A DNA stretch of 64,000 nt from Piscinibacter sp. (GTDB lineage Bacteria; Pseudomonadota; Gammaproteobacteria; Burkholderiales; Burkholderiaceae_C). Location of the stretch: assembly GCF_036507085.1 (NCBI RefSeq), contig NZ_DASXQQ010000104.1. One strand, written 5' to 3'. A program made the position numbers and the translations under genes. The first letter of the stretch is position 1, and each line of letters begins with the position of its first letter. Shown here piece after piece: positions 28,199 to 37,071 of the stretch. The notes below the pieces were generated by a model, which was given only the letters and a program-made list of their open reading frames with translations, was not told the origin of the DNA and made no database searches.

Positions 28199-29296
28199 TC
28201 AAGCGAAGGTCTGCGTATAGCGCTTGATCCAGCTTTCGCGCACCGCGGCGATGACGCTCTTGTCGTGGATCACCGCCTTGTCGCCCAGCTGCTCGGGCTT
28301 GATGATGTACGGGCTCTTCTGCGCCGCGGCCGACAGCACCGCCTTCTGGTTGACCGGGCCGTTGAGCACATCTTCGGCCATCCTGCCCTGCACCACCGGA
28401 TCGAGCGTGTGGTTGAGGAAGGCGTGCACCACGGCGCTGTCGCCCGGGTGGCTCTTGGGCATGATCGTGTACATCAGGTCGGCGAAGAAGCCTTCCTTCA
28501 GGTTGTAGGTGGCGCCCAAGCCCGAGCTCGGGTCCTTCAGGTCCTTGGCGAAGAAGGCCGGCGCATAGACGCCGCCGATGTCGAGCGCGTTGGAGCGGAA
28601 CAGCTGCGCGATCTGCGTCGGGTTCTCGCCGAAGGTCAGCACGCGGTCCTTCAGTTCGGCCAGGCGCTTGAAGCCGGCTTCGGGGTTACTCGCGCCGCCG
28701 CCGTTCAACTTGGCCGCCGCGACAATGGTGTCGAGCGCGTCGGTCCAGGTGGCCGGCGGCAGGAACAGGCGCTGCTTGTACTTCGGGTTCCACATCTCCT
28801 CGTAGCTCGTCGGCGCTTCCTTGAAGGTGCGGGTGTTGTAGAGCAGACCGCCGGTCCACAGCAGGTAGCCGATGCCGTAGCCGTCGGCGCCGGTGCGAAA
28901 GCGCGGGTCGACGTTCTGCAGGTTCGGCAGCTGATTCAAGTCGGGCTTTTCCAGCAGGCCGGCGGCGGCCAGCGTGGTGGCGCCCACGCCGGCGAGGGTG
29001 ATCACGTCGTACTGCGCGCGGCTGCCGGCGGCCTTGAGCTTGGCCACCATCTCCGAGGTGCTGCCGGTGCGGTCGGCGATGACGCGCGCGCCGGTCTGCG
29101 CCTCGAAGGTCTGCGCGATGTTGCGCAGCACCGCGAGGCCGGTGTCGTCCGACCAGGTCAGGATGCGCACCGTCTTGCCGGCGAACTTGCGCTCCTGCGC
29201 CAGCGCGTGCAGCGCGGGGAAGGCCAGCGTCGTCGAGGCGAGGCCCAGGTTGGCGCCCAGCTTGAGCAGGTCGCGGCGTTGAATGTCTCGTGTCAT
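28199..29296 (-). CDS. Polyamine/opine-type ABC substrate-binding protein with Tat signal
   Basis: QRRDLLK Tat motif; PotD-like LLYNT...PTSYEEMWNPKYK. Confidence 0.85.
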   Translation of the reverse strand: MTRDIQRRDLLKLGANLGLASTTLAFPALHALAQERKFAGKTVRILTWSDDTGLAVLRNIAQTFEAQTGARVIADRTGSTSEMVAKLKAAGSRAQYDVITLAGVGATTLAAAGLLEKPDLNQLPNLQNVDPRFRTGADGYGIGYLLWTGGLLYNTRTFKEAPTSYEEMWNPKYKQRLFLPPATWTDALDTIVAAAKLNGGGASNPEAGFKRLAELKDRVLTFGENPTQIAQLFRSNALDIGGVYAPAFFAKDLKDPSSGLGATYNLKEGFFADLMYTIMPKSHPGDSAVVHAFLNHTLDPVVQGRMAEDVLNGPVNQKAVLSAAAQKSPYIIKPEQLGDKAVIHDKSVIAAVRESWIKRYTQTFA

Positions 29297-29405
29297 GGTC
29301 TGTCTCCGGTGTGGGTTGTGATCGAAAGCCCTTGGATGTGACCTTAGCAGCGGGCCCGCGCCCCCGGTAGCCGCAAAATTGTCGGGCGGGTATAACGAAA
29401 ACTGA

Positions 29406-30290
29406 ATGCCCAACCTCGACCCCCACCTCCTGCGCGCCTTTCTGTGCGTGGCCGACGTCGGCACCGTCAACGGCGCCGCCGCCGCGCTGCACCGCACGCA
29501 GGCGGCCGTGAGCATGCAGATCCGCCGCCTCGAAGAGATGATGGGCGCGCCGCTGTTCGAGCGCTCGTCCAAGGGTCTTGCGCTCACCGCCGCCGGGCTG
29601 CTGCTGATGCCCTATGCGCGCGAGATCGTGACGCTGAACGACGAGGTGCACCAGCGCATCTGCGGCCAACGCATGGAAGGCCGCGTCAAGCTCGGCGTGG
29701 TCGAGGACTTCGCGGCGACCAAGCTCGTGGACATCCTGAAAGCGTTTCGCGACCTCAACCCGCGGGTGCAGATCGACCTCATCATCGAAGGCAACCGCCA
29801 GCTCGCCACCGCGTTCGAGCAGGACAAGCTCGACCTGCTGATCTGCGACACCAACGAGGTGGTTCGCAAGCCGCTGCTGGTGTGGCCCGAGCAACTGCTG
29901 TGGACGGTGCGCTCGGATCGGGCCGTGGCCACCGACGAGCCCTTGCCGGTGATCTTGTTCGAAGAGGGCTGCGCCTGGCGCACGCTCGCCATCGAAGCGC
30001 TCGCCGAGCGCAAGCTGCGCTGGAACGTGGTGTGCGAAGCTTCGACGCTCGTGGCCATGGCGACCGCAGTGCAGGTGGGCATCGGCATCGGTCCGATGAT
30101 GGCGGCGACGATTCCACCCGGGTGTCGCGAGCTCGGCCGCGCGGACGACCTGCCGTCGCCGCTGCATGTGGACATCGGGCTGTACGTGCGAACCTCGGCG
30201 CCGGAGCAGGCGCGGTACCTGGCGGAGTTCGTGAGTCGCACGCCGGGGAGGTTGTTTGCGGAGTGGGGGCGGGTGAGCGCGGCGGGCTAG
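29406..30290 (+). CDS. LysR family regulator, divergent from the Pot-type operon
   Basis: LLRAF...AAAALHRTQAAVSMQIRRLEE. Confidence 0.9.
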   Translation: MPNLDPHLLRAFLCVADVGTVNGAAAALHRTQAAVSMQIRRLEEMMGAPLFERSSKGLALTAAGLLLMPYAREIVTLNDEVHQRICGQRMEGRVKLGVVEDFAATKLVDILKAFRDLNPRVQIDLIIEGNRQLATAFEQDKLDLLICDTNEVVRKPLLVWPEQLLWTVRSDRAVATDEPLPVILFEEGCAWRTLAIEALAERKLRWNVVCEASTLVAMATAVQVGIGIGPMMAATIPPGCRELGRADDLPSPLHVDIGLYVRTSAPEQARYLAEFVSRTPGRLFAEWGRVSAAG

Positions 30291-30360
30291 TGTCGTGACC
30301 AGCCGGGTGAACGGAAGTGTCTCCCCGATTTGAGCGCGATGTGAATGAATGGGGTGCCCC

Positions 30361-30527
30361 ATGAACGCGATCATTGAGCTGAGTCGTGAGGGTTCGATCT
30401 TTGGAGCCGTTGCGCAGCAGGTGCCGGCTCCCGTCGGGGGCGAGCAGCCGACTACCGTCTGAGCTTCGAGTCGGCGCGCTCGCTGTTTGCCGAGTTGACG
30501 CCGGCACGCCTGGACCTGATGTCATGA
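30361..30527 (+). pseudogene. Frameshifted, truncated HTH regulator/antitoxin-like remnant (HVO_A0114-like)
   Basis: MNAIIELSREGSIF... then, in a shifted frame, ADYRLSFESARSLFAELTPARLDL*; resembles that family's N-terminus. Confidence 0.5.
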
Positions 30528-30689
30528 CGTGAGGCTCGTATCGAAGCCGGTAGTAGCGGTGCAAAGTTGAAGGCCAAAGCATTCCCCTCGCCCAACGGCT
30601 TGAGTTGCTCGGCCGCCTCGAGGCCGCGGCGCCCGGACTGCGCTTTCATCGCGAGGTTGTGATGGGCGCCCGCCTCTATCCCGAGGCAG

Positions 30690-30763
30690 TCGCGATGACG
30701 CTCCACGCCAAAGAACGCGAGCAACCGACCGAGGCTAGTGACACGACGGTAGTTCGAGCACAT
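30690..30763 (-). pseudogene. SOS response-associated peptidase (SRAP) N-terminal remnant
   Basis: MCSNYRRVTSLGRLLAFFGVER: Met-Cys start typical of SRAP; homology lost after about 25 aa. Confidence 0.55.
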
Positions 30764-30848
30764 GAGCTGCTACCGTGGACTTGGACCACGTCTGCGTGAA
30801 TGGCCGACTGTGGTGTTCGCAACGGTCAGCTTTCGGCGTCGGTGTTGC

Positions 30849-31487
30849 TCAGTCTGCCGCAGAAAAATGCGCCATCTGGTCTGCGTGTGCCTTCACGAAG
30901 GACGGGCGAGCCGTGGCGCGGGCGACATAGTCACGACAGGCTGGATATGTTGCTAGCCCGTCGAACCGATCGACAAGCCGCAGCACGTCCGCCATGAGTA
31001 TGTCGGCGACGGAGAAGGTCCCGGCTAGCCATTCGCGTCCTGCCAACACCGCCTCCATGTGCTTGAGCCGGGCCTTGAGGAACTCGTCCAGTTGCTTCCG
31101 TCCCGGCGTTTCAGCGGTATCGCCGGAGAACACAAATATGGACCAGGGCAGGCTTGCCGCCTCGACCGAATTGAGCGCCGCGAACAGCCATTCTGTTGCC
31201 TCGCTGCGACCGTGTGGATCGGCAGGCATCAGCGCGTCACTGCGCTCGCCTAGATGAAGCAGGATCGCGCCGCTCTCGAAGATCGAGATGTCTCCATCGG
31301 TCAACCACGGCACCTGGCCGAAGGGCTGGTGCGAGAAATGCTCGGCATTCCGAGCGCGAAATGGCACGCTCTCGACGCGATAGGGCAACCCAGCCTCTTC
31401 CAGTGCCCAACGCACCCGTATGTCACGCACATAGCCGCGCGGCATTTCGGGAACCCAATCGAAGGTCGTGAGGATCAGGTCGACCAT
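30849..31487 (-). CDS. Glutathione S-transferase family protein
   Basis: RVRWALEE, QPFGQVP, FESGAIL, FSVADILM. Confidence 0.9.
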   Translation of the reverse strand: MVDLILTTFDWVPEMPRGYVRDIRVRWALEEAGLPYRVESVPFRARNAEHFSHQPFGQVPWLTDGDISIFESGAILLHLGERSDALMPADPHGRSEATEWLFAALNSVEAASLPWSIFVFSGDTAETPGRKQLDEFLKARLKHMEAVLAGREWLAGTFSVADILMADVLRLVDRFDGLATYPACRDYVARATARPSFVKAHADQMAHFSAAD

Positions 31488-31514
31488 TCGGCATCTCCAA
31501 GGAAAACTGGTAGC

Positions 31515-31649
31515 TTATCGAGGAGGCCTCTCCGCATCAGGACCCCACCACTGCATCATTAGTTTGGGCTGCGTGATCGCCGCGTAGACCTTGGCGGGTG
31601 GGGCCTTGATCCTGCGCACGATGGTCACGCTCGGGAGGCTCTTGGTCAT
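31515..31649 (-). pseudogene. SRPBCC/AHSA1 family gene with internal deletion
   Basis: MTKSLPSVTIVRRIKAPPAKVYAAITQPKLMMQWWGPDA then an early stop; out-of-frame C-terminal GLLDKLPVFLG follows immediately. Confidence 0.65.
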
Positions 31650-31735
31650 CGCTCGCCATCCTTTTCTACGAGCGCAACAAGTCGATCGATGCTTACCGTC
31701 CAGAAGCGTTCATACCGTTTGAGCCACGGTCGCCA
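31646..31735 (-). pseudogene. ArsR/SmtB regulator C-terminal remnant
   Basis: WLKRYERFWTVSIDRLVALVE resembles the C-terminus of ArsR proteins paired with SRPBCC; its stop overlaps the SRPBCC ATG. Confidence 0.6.
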
Positions 31736-31751
31736 CGCGACGGTCAGCTTG

Positions 31752-32486
31752 CTATCCAGCGCGTGGTGACGCCCTCCTCGCGGGGCCGCCGGAATCTGTT
31801 GCGCGTTGCGCCTTCGGGCTTGTCCGGCCTCCCGCCTGCTTCGCCTTCGTACTCTCGGCGGCCTTGCCGCGTACGGGCCAAGCGCGCATCGCGGTCGTTG
31901 CCGTGGCGAGCAGGCTTGCGCGCGAGGCGCCGTCCCGGGCCTGAATGGACATGCCCTGGAACACGGTCGTGTAGAAGTTGGCCAGCGCCGCGGCATCGGT
32001 GCTCGCGGGCAATTCGCCCTCGCTGATGCCTTGCTTGATTCGCGCCTTGATGCCCGCTTCGGACGCCGCCCTTCGTTTGGCGAGCGCGGCCTGTACGTGG
32101 GCGGACGCCACCGAACAATTGGTCGCGGCCATGACCACCATGCAGCCCGCCGGGTGGCAAGAGCGCGTCAGCTCTTCGGCCGCCTCCTCGAGCAGGCGCT
32201 CGATCGCGCGCCGCGCGGTCGGCTCCTCGGCCAGCGCACGCGGCGCGCCGCTGCCCGGCCCGCTGGCGTAGCGCTCGATCGCTTCGAGGAACAGCCGCTC
32301 CTTGTCGCCGAACGCGGTGTAGAGGCTGGGCGGCGTGATGCCCATCGCCGCGGTGAGCTCGCTGATCGACGCCGCCTCGTAGCCCCGCTCCCAGAACACG
32401 TGCATGGCGTTCTCCAGCGCCTTGTCCCGGTCGAACGACAGCGGGCGCCCGCGCGCCTTCGTCACCTTCCCAACATTGTTTTCCAT
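31752..32486 (-). CDS. TetR/AcrR family regulator of the RND pump
   Basis: RGRPLSFDRDKAL...FWERGYEAASISELTAAMGITPPSLYTAFGDKERLF; GC motif. Confidence 0.9.
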   Translation of the reverse strand: MENNVGKVTKARGRPLSFDRDKALENAMHVFWERGYEAASISELTAAMGITPPSLYTAFGDKERLFLEAIERYASGPGSGAPRALAEEPTARRAIERLLEEAAEELTRSCHPAGCMVVMAATNCSVASAHVQAALAKRRAASEAGIKARIKQGISEGELPASTDAAALANFYTTVFQGMSIQARDGASRASLLATATTAMRAWPVRGKAAESTKAKQAGGRTSPKAQRATDSGGPARRASPRAG

Positions 32487-32546
32487 AATGATCGATACTA
32501 AATTGCTTGACGGGCTTCTGCAAGCCCGCTACATTGTCCTTCATTA

Positions 32547-32562
32547 CGTAGCGATCGCTACG
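32547..32562. promoter_or_regulatory. Putative TetR operator, perfect palindrome CGTAGCGATCGCTACG
   Basis: 16-bp perfect palindrome between divergent tetR and the pump operon. Confidence 0.65.
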
Positions 32563-32582
32563 AAAGTGTCTCGGAGGACAAC

Positions 32583-33815
32583 ATGCAACCCATCCCCCTT
32601 CGTACTTTTCGCACCCGCCGCGGCCTCTGGGCCGCCGCCACGGCGTTCGCCGCGCTCACCGCGGTGGCAGGGGCCATCCTCGGCCTGAAGGCCTCGAGCG
32701 CCGCCGTCAACCCGTCCCCGCCGCCACAAGCCACACCCGTTTCGGTGGCCACCGTCGTGCAGAGCGATGTCGCCACCTGGGACGAGTTCTCCGGCCGACT
32801 CGAAGCGGTCGAGCGTGTCGACCTTCGGTCTCGCGTCGCGGGCACGGTTCAATCGGTGCACTTTCGCGAGGGCGCGCTGGTCAAGCAAGGGGACCTGCTG
32901 ATCACCATCGACCCCGCCCCGTACGCGGCCGATGTGGAGCGCGTCGAAGCCCAGGTGGTGGCCGCCGAAGCGCGTGCCGCCTACACCCGCAGCGACATCG
33001 AGCGCGCGCAACGGCTGTGGGACGAGCACGCCATCGCCCAGCGGGAATACGACGAACGCAGTAATGCACAACGCGAAGCCGACGCCAACCTGCGCGCCGC
33101 GCGGGCGAACCTGCAGACCGCGCGGCTGAGCTTGGGCTACACGCAAGTGCGCGCGCCGGTCGCGGGACGCGTCGGACGGCTCGAGGTCACGGTCGGCAAC
33201 CTCGTCGCGGCCGGTCCGGGCGCGCCGGTGCTGACGACGCTGGTGTCGGTGAGCCCCATCTACGCAAGCTTTGACGCCGATGAGCAGATCGTGACGCGCG
33301 CCTTGCGCGCATTGCCCAGCGGCGCCAGCGCGCGGGCGCAGCTGGAGCGCATTCCGGTGCAGATGGGCACCGCCGCCAGCGCCGACACGCCCTTCGAGGG
33401 CCGCTTGCAGCTGGTCGACAACCAGGTCGACGCGAAGAGCGGCACGGTGCGCGTGCGCGCGGTGTTCGACAACAAGGACGGCAGCCTGATGCCGGGCCAG
33501 TTCGCCCGGTTGCGCATGGGCCAGGCCAAGACCTCGTCGGCCCTGCTCGTCAACGAGCGGGCGGTCGGCACCGACCAGAGCAAGAGGTTCGTGATGGTGG
33601 TCGGCGCCGACAACAAGGCGACCTACCGCGAGGTCACCTTGGGCGCCAACGTCAACGGCCTGCGCATCGTGACCTCCGGCCTCAAGCCGAGCGAACGCAT
33701 CGTCGTCAACGGCCTGCAACGCGTCCGCCCCGGTGCGCTCGTCGCGCCGCAGCCGGTCGCGATGGACGCCAAGCCCGAAATGCAGGCGCGTCGTGACGGC
33801 GCCGCCCAATCCTGA
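32583..33815 (+). CDS. RND efflux periplasmic adaptor (MexE-like)
   Basis: WDEFSGRLEAVERVDLRSRVAG, APVAGRVG...VTVGNLV, PGQFAR, GTDQ. Confidence 0.92.
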   Translation: MQPIPLRTFRTRRGLWAAATAFAALTAVAGAILGLKASSAAVNPSPPPQATPVSVATVVQSDVATWDEFSGRLEAVERVDLRSRVAGTVQSVHFREGALVKQGDLLITIDPAPYAADVERVEAQVVAAEARAAYTRSDIERAQRLWDEHAIAQREYDERSNAQREADANLRAARANLQTARLSLGYTQVRAPVAGRVGRLEVTVGNLVAAGPGAPVLTTLVSVSPIYASFDADEQIVTRALRALPSGASARAQLERIPVQMGTAASADTPFEGRLQLVDNQVDAKSGTVRVRAVFDNKDGSLMPGQFARLRMGQAKTSSALLVNERAVGTDQSKRFVMVVGADNKATYREVTLGANVNGLRIVTSGLKPSERIVVNGLQRVRPGALVAPQPVAMDAKPEMQARRDGAAQS

Positions 33816-33826
33816 ACGAGCCGATC

Positions 33827-36800
33827 ATGAATCTGTCCAAGTTCTTCATCGACCGGCCGATCTTTGCCGGCGTACTGTCGCTCTTGATGTTCATCGCCGG
33901 CCTGATCGCGGTGCGCAGCCTGCCGATCTCCGAGTACCCGGAGGTCGTGCCGCCTTCGGTGGTGGTGCGCGCGCAGTACCCCGGCGCGAACCCGAAGGTG
34001 ATCGCCGAGACCGTCGCGACGCCGCTGGAGGAAGCCATCAACGGTGTCGAAGGCATGCTCTACATGGGCAGCCAGGCCACCACCGACGGCCTGATGACCT
34101 TGACCGTCACCTTCAAGCTCGGCACCGACCCCGACAAGGCGCAGCAGCTGGTGCAAAACCGCGTCGCGCAGGCCGAGCCGCGGCTGCCCGAAGAGGTGCG
34201 CCGGCTGGGCGTGACGACGATCAAGAGTTCGCCCGACCTCACGATGGTCGTGCACCTGATGTCGCCGAGCGGCCGCTACGACATGACCTACCTGCGCAAC
34301 TACGCGCTGCTCAACGTCAAGGACCGGCTGGCGCGGGTCAAGGGCGTCGGCGACGTGCAGTTGTTCGGCTCCGGCGACTACTCGATGCGCGTCTGGCTCG
34401 ACCCGCACAAGGTCGCGCAGCGCGGTCTCTCGGCCGCCGATGTGGTCAGCGCGATCCGCCAGCAGAACGTGCAGGCCGCGGCCGGCGTCGTGGGCGCCTC
34501 GCCCGGCCTCGCCGGCGTCGACGTGCAGTTGTCGGTCAACGCGCAAGGCCGTCTGCAGAACGAGGACGAATTCGGCGACATCATCGTCAAGACCAGCGCC
34601 GATGGTGCGGTGACGCGGTTGCGCGACATCGCGCGCATCGAGCTCGGCGCCTCGGGCTATTCGCTGCGCTCGCTGCTCGACAACAAGGACGCGGTCGCGG
34701 TGCCCATCTTCGCCGCGCCCGGCTCGAACGCGATCCAGATCTCCGACGACGTGCGCGCCACCATGGCCGAGATCAAGCAGCACATGCCCGAGGGCGTGGA
34801 CTACGAGATCGTCTACGACCCGACGCAGTTTGTGCGCGCCTCGATCGAGTCGGTGGTCCACACGCTGCTCGAAGCGGTGGCGCTGGTGGTGCTGGTCGTC
34901 ATCTTGTTCCTGCAGACCTGGCGCGCGTCGGTCATCCCGTTGCTGGCGGTGCCGGTGTCGGTGATCGGCACGTTCGCGGTGATGCATCTGTTCGGCTTCT
35001 CGATCAACGCGCTGAGCCTGTTCGGCCTGGTGCTTGCGATCGGCATCGTCGTCGACGACGCGATCGTGGTGGTCGAGAACGTCGAACGCAACGTCGAAGC
35101 CGGCTTGGCGCCGCGCGAAGCCACTTACCGCGCGATGCGCGAGGTGTCGGGCCCGATCATCGCGATCGCGCTGACGCTGATCGCGGTGTTTGTGCCGCTC
35201 GCGTTCATCAGCGGCCTCACCGGCCAGTTCTACCGGCAGTTTGCGTTGACGATCGCGATGTCGACAGTGATCTCGGCCATCAACTCGCTGACCTTGTCGC
35301 CCGCGCTCGCCGCACTGCTGCTCAAGCCGCATGACGCGCCGAAGGACGCGCTGACGCGCGGCATGGACCGCGTGTTCGGCGGCTTCTTCGGCCGCTTCAA
35401 CCGCGTCTTCGGGCGCGGTGCGGCGGCGTACAGCGGCGGCGTCAAGCGCGCCATATCCCGCAAGGCGGTGATGATGGCGCTCTACCTGGTGCTGGGGGCC
35501 TTGACCTTCGGCGTGTTCAAGGCGGTCCCGAGCGGCTTCGTGCCGGCGCAGGACAAACAGTACCTGATCGGCTTCGCGCAGCTTCCCGATGGCGCGACGC
35601 TGGACCGCACCGAAGACGTGATCCGCCGCATGGGCGACATCGCGCTCAAGCAACCCGGCGTCGAACACGCGGTGGCCTTCCCCGGCCTGTCGATCAACGG
35701 CTTCACCAACAGCTCGAATTCCGGCATCGTCTTCACGACGCTCAAGCCTTTCGACCAGCGCCGCGGCGCCGGCCAGAGCGCCGCGGCCATCGCCGGCCAG
35801 CTGAACCAGCAGTTCAGCCAGATCCAGGACGCCTTCATCGTGATGTTCCCGCCGCCGCCGGTGCAGGGCCTCGGCTCGACGGGTGGCTTCAAGCTGCAGC
35901 TCGAAGACCGCGCCTCGCTGGGCTACGCCGCGCTCGACGCGGCGACCAAGGCCTTCATGGCCAAGGCATATCAGGCGCCCGAACTCGCCGGCATGTTCTC
36001 GAGCTACCAGGTCAACGTGCCGCAGCTCTATGCCGACATCGACCGCACCAAGGCGCGCCAGCTGGGCGTGGCGGTGACGGACGTGTTCGACACGATGCAG
36101 ATCTACCTCGGCAGCCTCTACGTCAACGACTTCAACAAGTTCGGCCGGACCTATTCGGTGCGGGTGCAGGCCGACGCCGCCTACCGTGCGCGCGCCGAGG
36201 ACATTGGCGCCCTCAAGGTGCGTTCAGCCAGCGGCGAGATGGTGCCGCTGTCCGCGCTGTTGAACGTGAAGCCCAGCTTCGGTCCCGAACGTGCGATGCG
36301 CTACAACGGCTTCCTGTCGGCCGACATCAATGGCGGCCCCGCCCCCGGCTACTCGTCGGGCCAGGCCCAGGACGCGGTCAAGCGCATCGCCGCCGAGACG
36401 CTGCCGCAGGGCATCAGCTACGAGTGGACCGAGCTCACCTACCAGGAAATCCTCGCCGGCAACTCGGCGATCTGGGTGTTTCCGCTCGCCATCCTGCTGG
36501 TGTTCCTGGTGCTCGCCGCGCAATACGAGAGCCTGGCGCTGCCGCTGTCGATCATCCTGATCGTGCCGATGGGCCTGCTGGCCGCGATGACCGGCGTGTG
36601 GATGTCCGACGGCGACAACAACGTGTTCACGCAGATCGGGCTGATGGTGCTGGTCGGGCTGTCGGCGAAGAACGCGATCCTGATCGTCGAGTTCGCGCGT
36701 GAGCTCGAGTTCGCGGGGCGTACGCCGCTGCAGGCGGCCATCGAGGCGAGCCGGCTGCGATTGCGCCCGATCCTCATGACCTCGCTCGCCTTCGTGATGG

Positions 36801-37066
36801 GTGTGTTGCCGCTGGTGTTGTCGACCGGTGCGGGCTCGGAGATGCGTCGCGCGATGGGCGTGGCCGTGTTCTTCGGGATGCTCGGCGTCACCGCGTTCGG
36901 GCTCTTCCTCACCCCGGTGTTCTACGTGCTGTTGCGCCGGCTCACCGGCAACCGAACGCTCAAGCTGCACGGCCATGTGCCGCACATCGAAGCCTTTGCC
37001 GGCACGCCCGGGTCATCGGGCGGCGCATCGGCCAACCCGGTGCTTGCCGCACCGCTCAAGGATTGA
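33827..37066 (+). CDS. RND efflux permease (MexF/OqxB-like, HAE1)
   Basis: FFIDRPIFA, GIVVDDAIVVVENVER, KNAILIVEFA, RLRPILMTS. Confidence 0.95.
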   Translation: MNLSKFFIDRPIFAGVLSLLMFIAGLIAVRSLPISEYPEVVPPSVVVRAQYPGANPKVIAETVATPLEEAINGVEGMLYMGSQATTDGLMTLTVTFKLGTDPDKAQQLVQNRVAQAEPRLPEEVRRLGVTTIKSSPDLTMVVHLMSPSGRYDMTYLRNYALLNVKDRLARVKGVGDVQLFGSGDYSMRVWLDPHKVAQRGLSAADVVSAIRQQNVQAAAGVVGASPGLAGVDVQLSVNAQGRLQNEDEFGDIIVKTSADGAVTRLRDIARIELGASGYSLRSLLDNKDAVAVPIFAAPGSNAIQISDDVRATMAEIKQHMPEGVDYEIVYDPTQFVRASIESVVHTLLEAVALVVLVVILFLQTWRASVIPLLAVPVSVIGTFAVMHLFGFSINALSLFGLVLAIGIVVDDAIVVVENVERNVEAGLAPREATYRAMREVSGPIIAIALTLIAVFVPLAFISGLTGQFYRQFALTIAMSTVISAINSLTLSPALAALLLKPHDAPKDALTRGMDRVFGGFFGRFNRVFGRGAAAYSGGVKRAISRKAVMMALYLVLGALTFGVFKAVPSGFVPAQDKQYLIGFAQLPDGATLDRTEDVIRRMGDIALKQPGVEHAVAFPGLSINGFTNSSNSGIVFTTLKPFDQRRGAGQSAAAIAGQLNQQFSQIQDAFIVMFPPPPVQGLGSTGGFKLQLEDRASLGYAALDAATKAFMAKAYQAPELAGMFSSYQVNVPQLYADIDRTKARQLGVAVTDVFDTMQIYLGSLYVNDFNKFGRTYSVRVQADAAYRARAEDIGALKVRSASGEMVPLSALLNVKPSFGPERAMRYNGFLSADINGGPAPGYSSGQAQDAVKRIAAETLPQGISYEWTELTYQEILAGNSAIWVFPLAILLVFLVLAAQYESLALPLSIILIVPMGLLAAMTGVWMSDGDNNVFTQIGLMVLVGLSAKNAILIVEFARELEFAGRTPLQAAIEASRLRLRPILMTSLAFVMGVLPLVLSTGAGSEMRRAMGVAVFFGMLGVTAFGLFLTPVFYVLLRRLTGNRTLKLHGHVPHIEAFAGTPGSSGGASANPVLAAPLKD

Positions 37067-37071
37067 TCGTC

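Noticed and set aside
30799-30848. Integron attC site
   Set aside because: No RYYYAAC/GTTRRRY pairing with a long imperfect palindrome, and no intI in the window
33623-35668. Long antisense ORFs (also 1033-2895, 40493-42226, 58406-59785 and others)
   Set aside because: Shadow frames opposite well-supported genes, with no recognisable motifs
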